A stretch of 43,700 nucleotides of DNA from Candidatus Nomurabacteria bacterium RIFCSPLOWO2_01_FULL_42_17 (GCA_001785985.1 MFVE01000006.1:33049-76748), one strand, 5' to 3'; positions 26,555 through 37,026 are shown, counted from the first letter of the stretch. The notes: generated from the letters alone by a model not told the origin. Numbers and translations: made by a program.

Positions 26555-27550
26555 ATGTCTAACTTGTATTCCAATTCAATTTTTTTGATCGATACCGATA
26601 AAATCAAACCAAACCCGTATCAGCCCCGGCGGGATTTCGACGAAGCTCGATTGCAGGATTTAGCGGATTCGATAAAGCAATACGGCGTGCTTCAACCGCT
26701 GACGGTTTCTCGCATTGAAAAAGAAAAAGATGGGGGCGGGTTAGTGACTGAATACGAGCTCATCGCTGGAGAACGCAGATTGCGTGCATCTATTTTGGCT
26801 GGGGTTTCCCAAGTGCCGGCGATCATTCGTATCGGAGATACGGCTATCATGAAGCTGGAGCTTGCTATTATTGAAAATTTACAGCGTGAAGATCTAAATG
26901 CAGTCGACCGCGCGAGGGCTTTTTTCCGACTGGCAAATGAATTTAAATTCACTCATAACGAGATCGCCAAAAAGATGGGCAGAAGCAGGGAATATGTTTC
27001 CAATTCTTTGCGCATTTTGACGTTGCCGGAAGAAATCACCAATGGACTCTCTGAAGGAAAAATCACCGAAGGCCATACTCGGCCGATATTGATGCTGGCC
27101 GATCATCCCCAAGAACAGCTCGTGCTTTTCAAAGAAATTGTTTATAAAAAAATCACTGTGCGTGAAGCAGAAAGGCTCGCCAGAAAGATAGCTTATGATC
27201 GCGTTCGCAAGAAAGAATTTATGCCAGACCCCGAAATAACCGAACTTGAAGAAGAATTCCAAGAAAAATTGGGCACTCGAGTACATATAGAGAAAAAGGA
27301 ATTAGGCGGACAAATTAAGATTGATTATTTTTCTACTAAAGATTTGCGTGAGATTCTGGATTTGATCAATAGATCGAGTGTGGAGAAAAAACCGGAAGAA
27401 ATGTTTTTAAAACATATTGCGGAGAATGATGCGTCTGGTAGCGCGCAGATGGAGCCTTCGAGTGCGGAAGCCCCTCTCGACGACAGATCGAAAGAAGAGG
27501 TCAAGCAAGACGACGCAGAACTTTACAACGTCTCAAATTTTAGCATTTAA
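26555..27550 (+). CDS. parB: ParB/Spo0J chromosome partitioning protein
   Basis: NPYQPRRDF, GVLQP, IAGERRLRA, IENLQREDL, HTH, TEGHTR. Confidence 0.95.
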   Translation: MSNLYSNSIFLIDTDKIKPNPYQPRRDFDEARLQDLADSIKQYGVLQPLTVSRIEKEKDGGGLVTEYELIAGERRLRASILAGVSQVPAIIRIGDTAIMKLELAIIENLQREDLNAVDRARAFFRLANEFKFTHNEIAKKMGRSREYVSNSLRILTLPEEITNGLSEGKITEGHTRPILMLADHPQEQLVLFKEIVYKKITVREAERLARKIAYDRVRKKEFMPDPEITELEEEFQEKLGTRVHIEKKELGGQIKIDYFSTKDLREILDLINRSSVEKKPEEMFLKHIAENDASGSAQMEPSSAEAPLDDRSKEEVKQDDAELYNVSNFSI

Positions 27551-27556
27551 GATTTT

Positions 27557-29023
27557 CTAGGAGCGCCCAAAAGATTTCAATTTCTTTAGAAAACTATTTT
27601 TTTCCAAGTATGATTTGATGTGCTTTCGAGCCATCGTTGTTTTGGCATATTCCAACCATTTGACCGAAGGATGAGCGTCTTTATTTTTGATTATTTCCAC
27701 GATATCTCTGTTTTTTAATTTTGAAAAAATTTGGCTCATCTTGCCGTTGATTTTTGCGCCAGAAGTGTGATCTCCGATATCTGAATGTATAGCATAAGCG
27801 AAATCTATCGGGCTGGAATCCTCCGGCAAATCCACAATATCGCCCTCCGGGGTGAAAATAAAGATACGATCGTTAAAGAAGTCCATTTTTAGATTTTCGA
27901 TAAACTTCTTGGATTCATTGGGATGATAGTTTAGACTTTTTAATTCTTCAATCCATTTAAATTTCAATTTATCATTATCCGACTTTTTACTGCCTTGTTC
28001 TTTGTAGGCGAAGTGGGCCGCGATTCCATAAGCCGCCTCGGCGTGCATTTCTTTTGTTCTTATTTGAATCTCAGCTGTCCCGCCGGAGCCAGTAAAAACA
28101 GTGGTATGAATAGATCTGTAGCCATTTGGTTTTGGTAATGCAATATAATCTTTAATTCTGCCGGGGAGGGGATTCCAGATCGAATGTATAACTCCCAGCA
28201 CCCTGTAACATTCTTCGATACTTCCGACCACTACGCGCAGGGCGACCACGTCGAATACTTTGTCTATATCCATCTCACGTTTTAGGAGCTTTTTCCACAA
28301 GCTGTACTTATGTTTCATCCTGTAATTAATCTCAACGACTTCAATTTTATTTTTAGCCAATTCTTTCTCTAGTTTTTTCTGCACTTCAGATAAGTTTTTT
28401 TGGTACGACTCCTTTTTTTCTTTTATGATTTCTTCTATCTGCGCGTATTCTTTAGGATAAGCAAAAGGAAAAGCGGCATCTTCTATTTCACCTTTGAGTT
28501 TTCCCATTCCGAGGCGATTGGCCAGTGGCGCATAGACTTCGATCGATTCTATTGCAATTCGGCTTCTTTTATCCTGCCTTACATACTGGAGCGTGCGCAA
28601 ATTATGCAGCCGATCAGCAAATTTGATGATGACCACGCGCAAGTCGTTTGCCATCGCGATAAAAAATTTCCGCAGGCTCTCTACATGCCGTTCATGTCCG
28701 CGATATTTTAAAGTTCCCAAGTTTGTGACGCCATTTACTAGGAAAAGCACTTCTCCGCCAAATTGTTCCTCTAATTCTTTTTCAGTTATTTTTGTATCTT
28801 CCAGAACATCATGCAAAAGTCCGCCGGCAATGGTCTGTACATCCATTCCCATGGAAGCTAAAATTTTTGCCGTCTCGAATGGATGGATAAAATACGGTTC
28901 TCCACTCATCCTTTTCTGGCCCTCGTGCGCGCTCTGCGAAAACCTGTAAGCTTTCGTGATGAGCTCCTCATCTTTTTTATTAACTTCTCCTATTAAATTT
29001 AGTAGTTCTTTAACGCTTGCCAT
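27557..29023 (-). CDS. RelA/SpoT family (p)ppGpp synthetase/hydrolase (HD + synthetase + TGS, no ACT)
   Basis: RMSGEPYFIHP, LLHDVLED, ADRLHN, KDYIALPKPNGYRSIHT, EIQIRT, DFAYAIH. Confidence 0.95.
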   Translation of the reverse strand: MASVKELLNLIGEVNKKDEELITKAYRFSQSAHEGQKRMSGEPYFIHPFETAKILASMGMDVQTIAGGLLHDVLEDTKITEKELEEQFGGEVLFLVNGVTNLGTLKYRGHERHVESLRKFFIAMANDLRVVIIKFADRLHNLRTLQYVRQDKRSRIAIESIEVYAPLANRLGMGKLKGEIEDAAFPFAYPKEYAQIEEIIKEKKESYQKNLSEVQKKLEKELAKNKIEVVEINYRMKHKYSLWKKLLKREMDIDKVFDVVALRVVVGSIEECYRVLGVIHSIWNPLPGRIKDYIALPKPNGYRSIHTTVFTGSGGTAEIQIRTKEMHAEAAYGIAAHFAYKEQGSKKSDNDKLKFKWIEELKSLNYHPNESKKFIENLKMDFFNDRIFIFTPEGDIVDLPEDSSPIDFAYAIHSDIGDHTSGAKINGKMSQIFSKLKNRDIVEIIKNKDAHPSVKWLEYAKTTMARKHIKSYLEKNSFLKKLKSFGRS

Positions 29024-29038
29024 AAGCGGATTATATCA

Positions 29039-31276
29039 CTATTTCATTAACTTATGAGGATTATGCATTGGGCAAGCTTTATTACTGCATCTCTCCGGTA
29101 TGGTTTTAGTGCCTTCCATCATCAGACTTCCGCATTCTTTACATATCGCGCCAGTAGGCTTTGCCTTGATTGCAAATTTACATTTTGGATAATTAGAACA
29201 AGAATAGAAAATACCGAATCGTCCGCGACGCTCGCTGATGTCTCCAGTCTTGCACGTGGGGCACAGTACGCCAGTTTTTTTCTTTGCTTCATCGGCGGCG
29301 TCTGATTTTATAAATTTACATTTTGGATAACGGGAACAGGAAATAAAGGTGCCAGTACCGTCACGTCTTTGTCTGATAACAAGCTTACCATCACCCCCTT
29401 TTCTTTCTTTCTGACCTTCTTTTTTGCCACATTCTGGACACATCTCACCAGTTTCTTCTGGACCTTTTAGTTCTGTGCCGTCTAGCATCAAGGCCCCATC
29501 ACAATCTGGATATTTAGAGCAAGAATAAAATTTGCCTCCGCGAGAAAGTTTGATAATCATCGAACTGCCGCATTTGGGACATTTTATATTCTCTGGCGCA
29601 TCGCCTAAGTTTGTGGCTTTTTCCAATTTTTCTTTTGATTTTACGTCTTTCAAAAAAGGTCCGTAGAAATCTCTGAGTGTCTTTTCATATTCGCGTTCGC
29701 CGCGGGAAATCTCGTCGAGCTCGTCTTCCATTTCTGCGGTGAAACTGTCAGAAATATAATTCATGAAATGTTTTTCCAGGAAATCAGAAACGACTTCTCC
29801 CACATCCGTCGGGAAAAGAGTTTTGCCTTCTTTGTTCACATAACCCCTCTCTTCGATCGTTCTCATGATCGAAGCATAAGTCGAAGGCCGGCCAATGTCT
29901 CTCGTTTCTAGTTCTTTTATCAGGCCAGCTTCGCTATAACGGCCGGGTGGTTCGGTAAATTTTTCTTCACTATTTATATCAAGCAATTTTAATTCATCTC
30001 CAGCTTTGCATACGGGCAGTTCTACATCATCTCCACGCGCATCACTGTCTACTTTGAGCCAGCCGGGGAAAAGCAGGCGAGATCCATTAGCGGAAAAATA
30101 GGGGAGATCTTCATGGCTTTTTATAATTGCAGAAATCTTTGTTTTCAATAATTTTGCGTCGGTCATTTGCGAGGATACGGCGCGCTCCCAGATCAATCGA
30201 TAAAGCCTGTCTTGATCCTCAGTGCCGGCAATCATTTTCTCTATATGGGTGGGGCGGATAGCCTCGTGCGCTTCTTGGGCATTTTTTGATTTTGTTTTAT
30301 AAGTTCTCTCCTCTGCATATTCTGCGCCATATTTATTTTTAACGAAAGAAATAATTTGGGCTTGGGCAACAAGAGACAGATTTGTACTATCTGTTCGCAT
30401 ATAAGTGATGTGTCCAGCCTCGTAAAGTTTTTGCGCGATTTGCATCGTGCGCGAAGGGGAATAGCCTAGGCGGGAACTTGCCGTCTGTTGAAGCGTAGAG
30501 GTGGTAAATGGCGCTCGGGGAGATCTCTTTTGTTCTGATTCTTTTACTTCATCTACAAGCCAGGTGCCCTTTTTGCCTTCTGTTAATATTTTCTCGACGA
30601 GCTTGGGGTCGCGCGGTTCCTCGCTGCATTCGAGGGTAAGCTTGTCGCTCTTTTGTGTTTCAAAAAGTCCCACAATTTTCCAATATTTTTCAGGAACGAA
30701 GGCGCGGATTTCTCGTTCACGTTCCATTATTATGCGCAGTGCAGGGGATTGTACCCGGCCAGCCGAAAGTCCGTAGCGAACTTTTTTCCAGATAAGTCCA
30801 GAGAGATCATAGCCGACCAGACGGTCTAAGACTCTGCGCGCTTCTTGAGCTTGGCGCAAATGCGTATCGATTTTGCGTGGTGTCTTCAGTGCCTCTTCGA
30901 CAGCTTCTTTGGTGATCTCATGGAAAGTCACTCGCGCTATCGGCGCTTTTATTTTCTTGTCTTCTTTTAAAAGTGTCTCAATGTGCCAGGCGATAGCTTC
31001 ACCCTCACGATCAGGGTCAGTCGCTAAGATAATCTCACTCGCTTTTTCTGCCAAACTCTGTAATTCGCGGACCACTTTCTCTTTACCTTTTGAAATTTCA
31101 TAACGCGGCACAAAGCCGGCCTCGATATCTATCGCTGTCTTGTTTGATTTTGGAAGATCTCGAATATGCCCGACAGACGCGCGCACAGTAAATTGATCTC
31201 GACCCGCCTCTCCGGCGGATAAATATTTCTCAATAGTTTTTGCTTTTGATGGTGATTCAACAATTAATAATTTCAT
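29039..31276 (-). CDS. topA: DNA topoisomerase I with C4 zinc ribbons
   Basis: IVESPSKAKTI, ATDPDREGE, SAGRVQS, ITYMRTD, AHEAIRPT, IGRPSTY. Confidence 0.98.
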   Translation of the reverse strand: MKLLIVESPSKAKTIEKYLSAGEAGRDQFTVRASVGHIRDLPKSNKTAIDIEAGFVPRYEISKGKEKVVRELQSLAEKASEIILATDPDREGEAIAWHIETLLKEDKKIKAPIARVTFHEITKEAVEEALKTPRKIDTHLRQAQEARRVLDRLVGYDLSGLIWKKVRYGLSAGRVQSPALRIIMEREREIRAFVPEKYWKIVGLFETQKSDKLTLECSEEPRDPKLVEKILTEGKKGTWLVDEVKESEQKRSPRAPFTTSTLQQTASSRLGYSPSRTMQIAQKLYEAGHITYMRTDSTNLSLVAQAQIISFVKNKYGAEYAEERTYKTKSKNAQEAHEAIRPTHIEKMIAGTEDQDRLYRLIWERAVSSQMTDAKLLKTKISAIIKSHEDLPYFSANGSRLLFPGWLKVDSDARGDDVELPVCKAGDELKLLDINSEEKFTEPPGRYSEAGLIKELETRDIGRPSTYASIMRTIEERGYVNKEGKTLFPTDVGEVVSDFLEKHFMNYISDSFTAEMEDELDEISRGEREYEKTLRDFYGPFLKDVKSKEKLEKATNLGDAPENIKCPKCGSSMIIKLSRGGKFYSCSKYPDCDGALMLDGTELKGPEETGEMCPECGKKEGQKERKGGDGKLVIRQRRDGTGTFISCSRYPKCKFIKSDAADEAKKKTGVLCPTCKTGDISERRGRFGIFYSCSNYPKCKFAIKAKPTGAICKECGSLMMEGTKTIPERCSNKACPMHNPHKLMK
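31202..31223 (-). repeat. In-frame hairpin in topA
   Basis: Minus strand: ttatccgcc-ggaga-ggcgggt, encoding LSAGEAG between KYL and FTVRASVGH. Confidence 0.65.
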
Positions 31277-31395
31277 GTCGTGCTAAGTATTACACGAAAT
31301 ATAATTGTTTAGCAAATCTCTATGGAACAAATCCATCCAAAATGCTAGAATTACTTTAATTGACTTAAATATCCATTATTTGCTATAATAAATGT

Positions 31396-31650
31396 ATGAA
31401 AAGCTACTCATTTCGCACAATAATTGAAAAGGATGGCAAGCAATATCATGGTTTTGTGCCAGCTCTTTTGGGTGTTCACACCTATGGTAAAACTATAGAA
31501 GAAACTAAAAAGAACTTGAATGAGGCAATTGAAGGATATCTGATTTCTTGCGCAAAACATGGAGATAAAATTCCAAGTGATGATGGACTTCAATCTATAG
31601 AAACAGTTTCTATTCCAATTTTTCCAGTGAGCAAGAGAGTGTATGCCTAA
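31396..31650 (+). CDS. hicB: HicB family antitoxin
   Basis: VPALLGVHTYGKTIEETKKNLNEAI...GDKIP; overlaps the downstream toxin gene. Confidence 0.9.
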   Translation: MKSYSFRTIIEKDGKQYHGFVPALLGVHTYGKTIEETKKNLNEAIEGYLISCAKHGDKIPSDDGLQSIETVSIPIFPVSKRVYA

Positions 31651-31879
31651 GTTGCCAAATGTAAAAGGTAAAACACTTTTAAAGATTCTTGAAAAAGAAG
31701 GATATCTATTAGATCACATTCAAGGCAGTCATCATATACTTCGACGTCAGGATGGGAAGAAAACTACTATCCCAATTCATGGAAGTAAAGATATGCCAAA
31801 AGGAACACTTCTCGGAATTTTGACTGATTTAGATATTTCAAAGGATGAATTTTTTTTGTTGTTAAAAAAGAAGAAGTAA
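31643..31879 (+). CDS. hicA: HicA family toxin (mRNA interferase)
   Basis: MPKLP, GSHHIL, TIPIHG, KGTLLGIL. Confidence 0.92.
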   Translation: MPKLPNVKGKTLLKILEKEGYLLDHIQGSHHILRRQDGKKTTIPIHGSKDMPKGTLLGILTDLDISKDEFFLLLKKKK

Positions 31880-31882
31880 ATT

Positions 31883-32911
31883 TTACACTTTAACTTTTTT
31901 CACTGTCTTGATGATTCGAGCGGCGACTTTGTATGGATCGGCGGCAGAGGTTGGCCTGCGATCTTCGAGCCAGCCCTTCCATCCATTTTCAACCGTGCCA
32001 ATTGGAATTCGAATGGATGCGCCTCGATCTGAAACTCCGAAAGAAAATTGATCGATGGATTGAGTTTCATGCTTACCAGTGAGTCGCAGATGATTATCGG
32101 CGCCGTAGACAGCGATGTGTTCTTTGACCACTGGGCCAAAGGCCTTACATATTTTTTCAAAAGTTTCTTTCTTACCGGCTTTTCTTAATATTCCATTTGA
32201 AAAATTCGCATGCATACCAGAACCATTCCAGTCCGTATCGCCGAGTGGTTTGCAATGCCAATTTATAGCCACTCCGTATTTTTCTCCTATTCTTTCGAGC
32301 AAATACCTCGCCATCCAACACTGATCGCCGGCATTTTTCGCGCCTTTGGCAAAAACTTGAAATTCCCACTGGCCGGTGGCTACCTCTGCATTGATACCTT
32401 CTATATTGAGCCCTGCCTCAAGGCAAAGATCTAAATGTTCTTCGATTATATTTCTGCCAAATGCATTGTTAGCTCCGACCGAACAATAATATTGCCCTTG
32501 CGGAGCAGGGTAGCCTTGGGCAGGGAACCCGAGTGGTTTGTTTATTTCTGTGTCCCAGAGAAAATATTCTTGTTCAAAACCAAACCAGAAATCATTATCA
32601 TCGTCTTCGATCGTCGCGCGGCCGTTCGTCTCGTGAGGTTTTCCATTTGCATCGAAGACTTCGCACATGACGAGAAAACCATTTTTCCGCGCTGGATCGG
32701 GGCAGATAAAGACGGGTTTTAAAATACAGTCTGAAGATCCTCCCGGCGCCTGCTTTGTCGAAGAGCCGTCAAACGACCATTCTTTGCAATCCTTTAACAA
32801 ACCGCTAAAATTTTCTACAATTTTAGTTTTTGAGCGCAGGCTCTGAGTGGGTTTATAACCATCCAACCAAATATACTCCAATTTTGATTTTGTGTTTTTC
32901 ATATTGCCCAT
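31883..32911 (-). CDS. glnII: Glutamine synthetase type II
   Basis: EYIWLDG, LRSKT, WSFDGSST, GINAEVATGQWEFQ, DWNGSGMHANFS, RLTGKHET, EDRRP; 342 aa; start may be 32902. Confidence 0.92.
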   Translation of the reverse strand: MGNMKNTKSKLEYIWLDGYKPTQSLRSKTKIVENFSGLLKDCKEWSFDGSSTKQAPGGSSDCILKPVFICPDPARKNGFLVMCEVFDANGKPHETNGRATIEDDDNDFWFGFEQEYFLWDTEINKPLGFPAQGYPAPQGQYYCSVGANNAFGRNIIEEHLDLCLEAGLNIEGINAEVATGQWEFQVFAKGAKNAGDQCWMARYLLERIGEKYGVAINWHCKPLGDTDWNGSGMHANFSNGILRKAGKKETFEKICKAFGPVVKEHIAVYGADNHLRLTGKHETQSIDQFSFGVSDRGASIRIPIGTVENGWKGWLEDRRPTSAADPYKVAARIIKTVKKVKV

Positions 32912-32940
32912 ATTGTAACAAAAGCATTTTTCAAAGCAAA

Positions 32941-33801
32941 TTATGCCAGTCTAATTTCTCCGAGCTCTTCTTTTATCAGTCCTTTTATTTCCATCACAGA
33001 AAGTATCGCGTTCGCTGTCGGTATCGGCAGTTTGATCGCGCGAATTAATTCATCGCGAGCGATAGGTTCGCGCAACATTCCTGCAACTTTCTTTTCTTCA
33101 GGCGATAAATCTTCAAAAAGCCTTTTTTGTTTCTCTTCATCTTTTGGTAATTCAAAGCCCAGCGCTTCTAACACATCTTCAGTGCAAGTGACAGGTGTGG
33201 CGCCTTGATGCAACAATCTGTTTGTGCCTTTTGAGTTCGAAGAAAAAACCGATCCGGGTACCACGAGCAAGTCGCGATTGTATTCTGTCGTTAATCGCGC
33301 AGTGATCAGGGTACCAGATCTTTCTTCTGCTTCTATTATGAGTGTGGCCTTGGAAATCCCTGCCATCAGTCTGTTGCGCATCGGGAAGCTCCATTGTGTG
33401 GCTTTGAAATCAGGCTCGAATTCTGAAATTAAACATCCGCCTTTTCCAACTACTTCATTTATCAGTCGCACATTTGATTTCGGATACATTGCTTCATCCG
33501 AAAGTCCAGAGCCCGGAAAAACTACAGTCTTGAGCCCCACTTGCATAGCTTTTTTGTGGGCGATGGTGTCTATGCCCATAGCAAAACCGGAAACTATCAC
33601 TATCGGATAGCCTTTCAATCCAGAAATTATTTTTTCGCATATTTCCCGTCCGTAAGAAGTGAATTTACGAGAACCAACAACACAAAGATATATCAGATCC
33701 TCCGGCGGTAATTCTCCGATGATCCAGAGATTTTCTGGAGGCTGAGGGATTTCCAAAAGCGCCTTTGGAAATTTATTTTTTGGCAGTTTTTTAATTTCCA
33801 T
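32941..33801 (-). CDS. dprA: DNA-processing protein DprA
   Basis: VVGSRK, VSGFAMGID, FPMRNRLMAG, EAEERSGTLITA, VPGSV, GTNRL. Confidence 0.97.
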   Translation of the reverse strand: MEIKKLPKNKFPKALLEIPQPPENLWIIGELPPEDLIYLCVVGSRKFTSYGREICEKIISGLKGYPIVIVSGFAMGIDTIAHKKAMQVGLKTVVFPGSGLSDEAMYPKSNVRLINEVVGKGGCLISEFEPDFKATQWSFPMRNRLMAGISKATLIIEAEERSGTLITARLTTEYNRDLLVVPGSVFSSNSKGTNRLLHQGATPVTCTEDVLEALGFELPKDEEKQKRLFEDLSPEEKKVAGMLREPIARDELIRAIKLPIPTANAILSVMEIKGLIKEELGEIRLA

Positions 33802-33815
33802 GTTATGATTATATC
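33802..33815. promoter_or_regulatory. Overlapping divergent -10 promoters for dprA and serS
   Basis: 14-bp gap gttatgattatatc: TGtTATGAT then 6 nt to ATG on +, TGaTATAAT then 6 nt to ATG on -. Confidence 0.7.
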
Positions 33816-35081
33816 ATGCTAGACATAAAATTCATTCGTGACAACAAAGATGTTGTCCAAGCCGGAGCTCAAAAAAAGAGGGTAAAAGTGGACATCGATG
33901 CGCTCATCACGCTCGACGACGAGCGTCTAAAAGAACTCAAGGAGATCGAAGATCTGCGAGCAGAAATCAATCGAGTTTCCAACGATATCCCTCGCTCTCC
34001 GGATTCGGGCCTAAAAATACAGCTGATCGAAGAGATGCGCATTGTGAAGGAAGAAATCAAAGCTAAAGAAGAAAAATTAAAAAAAACAGTGGAAGAATGG
34101 CAGAAAATAATGCTGCAAGTGCCAAATGTTCCAGACATGACGGTGCCCGAAGGTGCGGGAGAAGAAGATAATAAAGAAGTTTTGACCTGGGGCGACAAGC
34201 CAAAGTTTGATTTTACTCCGAAGGACCATGTGGAGCTGATGACTGAGCTCGATATGGTGGATTTTGAGAGGGGTGTAAAAGTCCACGGCTTTCGCGGATA
34301 TTTTTTGCAAAACGATGGGGCCGAGCTGGCCTGGGCGATCTGGAATTACGCTCGCAAGTTTTTCGGAGAAAAGAAATTCAAGAATTTTATCGCTCCAGCC
34401 ATTGTCCGCAAGCAACATTTGTATGGCACTGGACATCTGCCTGGTGGAGCGGAAGATATTTTCCAGACACAAGACGGAGATTATCTTTCCGGCACGGCGG
34501 AAGTACCGATGATGGGTTATCACAGCAATGAGATTATGGAAAAAGAAGAATTGCCAAAGCGTTATCTGGCATTTTCTCCATGCTACAGGAGGGAAGCCGG
34601 CGCGCATTCCAAAGATACCAAAGGAATTATTCGCGTGCACGAATTTTACAAACTAGAACAGCTCATTCTTTGCGAGGCTAGCCATGAGGAATCCGTAAAA
34701 TATCACGAGGAGATCAATAAAAATTTTGAAGAATTTTTGGAATCCCTAAATATTCCGTATCGCCGGTTAGAGATCTGCGCAGGAGATCTAAAGTCTGCTC
34801 ATGTAAAAAGTTACGATACAGAGGCTTGGATTCCATCGCAGGGTCAATATCGAGAGCTTTCCAGCGCGTCATACTATCACGATTTTCAAACTAGAAGATT
34901 TAATATTCGTTATAAAGACAAAGACGGGAAATATCGTTTCGTGCATTCGCTAAATAGTACAGCGGTCGCCACTCCGAGGATCCTTGTAGCTATCGTAGAA
35001 AATTATCAACAAGCTGATGGCACAGTCAAAATTCCAGAAGTTTTGCGAGAATATATGGGCGGCAGGGAATTTATAAAATAG
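33816..35081 (+). CDS. serS: Serine--tRNA ligase
   Basis: MLDIKFIR, GTAEVP, CYRREAG, GIIRVHEF, YRELSSAS, ENYQQADG. Confidence 0.98.
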   Translation: MLDIKFIRDNKDVVQAGAQKKRVKVDIDALITLDDERLKELKEIEDLRAEINRVSNDIPRSPDSGLKIQLIEEMRIVKEEIKAKEEKLKKTVEEWQKIMLQVPNVPDMTVPEGAGEEDNKEVLTWGDKPKFDFTPKDHVELMTELDMVDFERGVKVHGFRGYFLQNDGAELAWAIWNYARKFFGEKKFKNFIAPAIVRKQHLYGTGHLPGGAEDIFQTQDGDYLSGTAEVPMMGYHSNEIMEKEELPKRYLAFSPCYRREAGAHSKDTKGIIRVHEFYKLEQLILCEASHEESVKYHEEINKNFEEFLESLNIPYRRLEICAGDLKSAHVKSYDTEAWIPSQGQYRELSSASYYHDFQTRRFNIRYKDKDGKYRFVHSLNSTAVATPRILVAIVENYQQADGTVKIPEVLREYMGGREFIK

Positions 35082-35158
35082 TACCTGTCCCGTACTAAAT
35101 TTTTGAGTAAAATAAATGACCACTTTTAATAACAATTTAAAATTTTAGTACTGGGATG
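35082..35158 (+). repeat. ~75-bp inverted-repeat element, copy 2, ending in the next gene's ATG
   Basis: tacctgtcccgtactaaatttt ... aaaattttagtactgggATG. Confidence 0.85.
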
Positions 35159-36010
35159 CAAAAGCGAAATATCTTAAATTCTCCACGTCTTTTAGAGTTA
35201 AAGAAAAAAAGACGCAGGGTTCTTTTGAACAAAATACTGCTTTGCGTTTTTGCGTTTGGATTGATTTTTGCCGCCTCTGTGTTCGCTTCTCGTGTTTCCG
35301 CTTTAAATATTACGGAAATAGAAATAAAAGGTAATAAAGTTTTAGACAGTAAAGCGATAAAAGCAGTGGTACAAGAAACAACAGGGGGGAGTTATTTATG
35401 GTTTTTTCCAAAAACAAATATATTATATTACCCCAAAAATGGTATCCGAAAAGAACTGCAGAGTAAATTTAAAGGGCTTGGGGATATAACGTTTTCTGTT
35501 AAGGAAAGGAAAATTTTAGAAGTTTCAGTAACAGAGCGAGAAGCAGAGTATATATGGTGCGGTGAAAATATTTCAGAAACTCCAATTAAGCCAGAAAATG
35601 ACGTGTGTTTTTTTGTAGATAGAGATGGTTATGTTTTTGACCCGGCGCCGTATTTTTCGAATAATGTTTATTTTAAACTTTTTGGACCGCTTGTCGGAGA
35701 TTATTTTTCTCCAGAGATTTTTGACAAAATTGTCGCTTTTAAAGATTTTCTTTCTGGTGTGGGCATCAAACCGAGCGCCCTCTATATCAAAGATGATGGA
35801 AATATTGAAATTTATCTCGCTTCGAGTATAGAACTGCCTAATTCTCCAAAAATAATCTTCAAAAAGGATTTTGACTTCGAAAAACTTGCTGAGAATTTGC
35901 AAGCCGCTCTAAATGCTGAGCCACTGAAATCTAATATGAAAAACAAATATTCTTCTCTCTTATATATCGATCTTCGATATGGAAATAAAGTGATATATAA
36001 ATTTAGATGA
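35156..36010 (+). CDS. FtsQ/DivIB-like cell division protein
   Basis: Basic N-terminus, single TM, POTRA-like IEIKGN...VTER, C-terminal YIDLRYGNKV. Confidence 0.75.
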   Translation: MQKRNILNSPRLLELKKKRRRVLLNKILLCVFAFGLIFAASVFASRVSALNITEIEIKGNKVLDSKAIKAVVQETTGGSYLWFFPKTNILYYPKNGIRKELQSKFKGLGDITFSVKERKILEVSVTEREAEYIWCGENISETPIKPENDVCFFVDRDGYVFDPAPYFSNNVYFKLFGPLVGDYFSPEIFDKIVAFKDFLSGVGIKPSALYIKDDGNIEIYLASSIELPNSPKIIFKKDFDFEKLAENLQAALNAEPLKSNMKNKYSSLLYIDLRYGNKVIYKFR

Positions 36011-37014
36011 ACAATTCAGGATTTTGGGCAAAACTTAAAAAGCCATTTTTTTGCCTCGCGCCAATGTCGGATGTTACTGACATTGCTTTTCGTCGTATTA
36101 TCGCAAAACATAGCAAGAATAGAGAAAATAGAGACAAGATTGTCTTCTGGACGGAATTCGTATCAGCTGATGGATTATGCGATCCTCTTGGCCGAAAAAA
36201 ATTATCTCATATGCTTGAGTTTAGTGAAGGTGAGCGACCTATCGTGGCTCAAATTTTCGGCGCTAATCCGGAAAACATGAAGAAAGCTTGCCAGTATGTC
36301 GCCAGTCTTGGTTTTGATGGAATTGATATAAATATGGGTTGCCCAGACAGATCAGTAGTGAGTCAGGGAGCCGGAGCAGGAATGATAAAAAATCCAGAGC
36401 GGGCGCGCAAGATTATTCAAGCAGTCCACGCCGGGATAGCAGCAGCTGGATCAAATATTCCAGTTTCAGTAAAAACAAGAATTGGTTTTAATAGAGAAGA
36501 GATAGATACTTGGATTCCAGAACTTTTAAAAGAAGACATCGCTGTTTTAACTATTCATTTACGTACTTCAAAAGAATTATCTCTTGTGGAGGCTCATTGG
36601 GAACACATAGAGAGGATAAAAGAACTTATAAAGAAAAGCGGGAAAGAAATTTTACTCATTGGTAATGGTGACGTAAAAGATTTGAAAGACGGAGAAGATA
36701 AAATTTCTAAATATGGTTGCGATGGGGTAATGCTTGGTAGAGCAATGTTTGGAAATCCTTGGGTTTTCAATCCTCCTTCTGCTGATTCTCCAATAACGTT
36801 AGAAGACAAGCTACGAGTTCTACTAGAGCATGTGCAGATTTTTGATAGAGAACTTTTAAAACCCAAACATAAGAATTTCGCATCAATGAAAAAACATTTC
36901 AAAGCTTATGTGAACGGTTTCGATGGCGCGAAAGAGTTACGAGTGAAATTAATGGAGACAGAAAACGCCTCGCAAGTAGAGGATATTGTAAATGATTTTT
37001 TGAGTGGGATTTGA
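36007..37014 (+). CDS. tRNA-dihydrouridine synthase
   Basis: LAPMSDVTD, TEFVS, IDINMGCP, VSVKTRIG, GNGDV, GVMLGR. Confidence 0.95.
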   Translation: MNNSGFWAKLKKPFFCLAPMSDVTDIAFRRIIAKHSKNRENRDKIVFWTEFVSADGLCDPLGRKKLSHMLEFSEGERPIVAQIFGANPENMKKACQYVASLGFDGIDINMGCPDRSVVSQGAGAGMIKNPERARKIIQAVHAGIAAAGSNIPVSVKTRIGFNREEIDTWIPELLKEDIAVLTIHLRTSKELSLVEAHWEHIERIKELIKKSGKEILLIGNGDVKDLKDGEDKISKYGCDGVMLGRAMFGNPWVFNPPSADSPITLEDKLRVLLEHVQIFDRELLKPKHKNFASMKKHFKAYVNGFDGAKELRVKLMETENASQVEDIVNDFLSGI

Positions 37015-37026
37015 TATACTAGCCAA

